Below the pieces are notes generated by a model that worked only from the letters and a program-made list of their open reading frames with translations, did not search any database and had not been told where the DNA came from. DNA of 64,000 bases, taken from the NCBI RefSeq assembly GCF_018350175.1, contig NC_058368.1, forward strand, positions 46,564,001 to 46,628,000. Reading direction: 5' to 3'. Shown here in pieces: positions 63,662-64,000 of the stretch; positions within the stretch are counted from its first letter, which is position 1; each line of letters starts with the position of its first letter. A program made the position numbers and the translations under genes. Origin of the DNA: Felis catus. Lineage: Eukaryota.

Positions 63662-63871
63662 AATTATTTTTAAGTTTATTTATTTTTGAGACAGAGAGAG
63701 ACAGAGCATGAACGGGGGAGGGTCAGAGAGAGGGAGACACAGAATCTGAAACAGGCTCCAGGCTCTGAGCTGTCAGCACAGCGCCTGACGTGGGGCTCGA
63801 ACTCACTAACCGCGAGATCATGACCTGAGCCGAAGTCGGCCACTTAACCGATTGAGCCACCCAGGCGCCCC
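63662..63871 (-). mobile_element. Young Can-SINE (SINEC_Fc)
   Basis: TSD cagtctcc(t/c)ttccttaaa at 63644-63661 and 63872-63889. Confidence 0.98.
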
Positions 63872-64000
63872 CAGTCTCCCTTCCTTAAATCCTCATCTTG
63901 CTGGGTAGGTGTTAGGCTCCCTTACAAGTGACAAAACTGAAGCTCAAATGGGTTTTTGTACCTCTCCTTAGGGTAGGAGTGCAGTGTAGGATAAGAGACC

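Noticed and set aside
1..64000. CRISPR arrays, operons, prokaryotic defence systems, rRNA, snoRNA or miRNA genes
   Set aside because: Mammalian DNA; recurring repeats are dispersed SINEs, not repeat-spacer arrays, and I recognised no structured RNA gene by eye. An Rfam/Infernal scan would be needed to exclude small RNAs.

Overview
This is AT-rich mammalian genomic DNA, not prokaryotic. About 20 tRNA-derived Can-SINEs, many of the feliform SINEC_Fc type (GGGGCGCCTGGGTGGCTCAGTCGGTTAAG...TCAAAAATAAATAAAC), point to a cat or related carnivoran. The window has no convincing protein-coding ORF; the ORF track is explained by repeats, microsatellites and chance. It looks like part of a very large intron or 5'-UTR region of a minus-strand gene, inferred from several small minus-strand exon candidates; I cannot name the gene. 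Repeats include a 5.3-kb L1 that keeps both ends and ORF1 but has two large ORF2 deletions, a 5'-inverted (twin-primed) L1 fragment, other L1 3' ends, MIR and L2 relics, DNA transposons (MER3, MER33, MER94, Tigger2-type), an ERVL-type solo LTR and many microsatellites. Repeat-poor stretches carry enhancer-like motif clusters. I found no new biological system. The best leads are the deleted L1, the twin-primed L1, a micro-exon cluster at 4.2-5.2 kb, an AG|GT candidate recursive splice site and a TALE (MEIS/PBX) motif cluster. Repeat subfamily names come from remembered consensus sequences, and boundaries of old elements are approximate.
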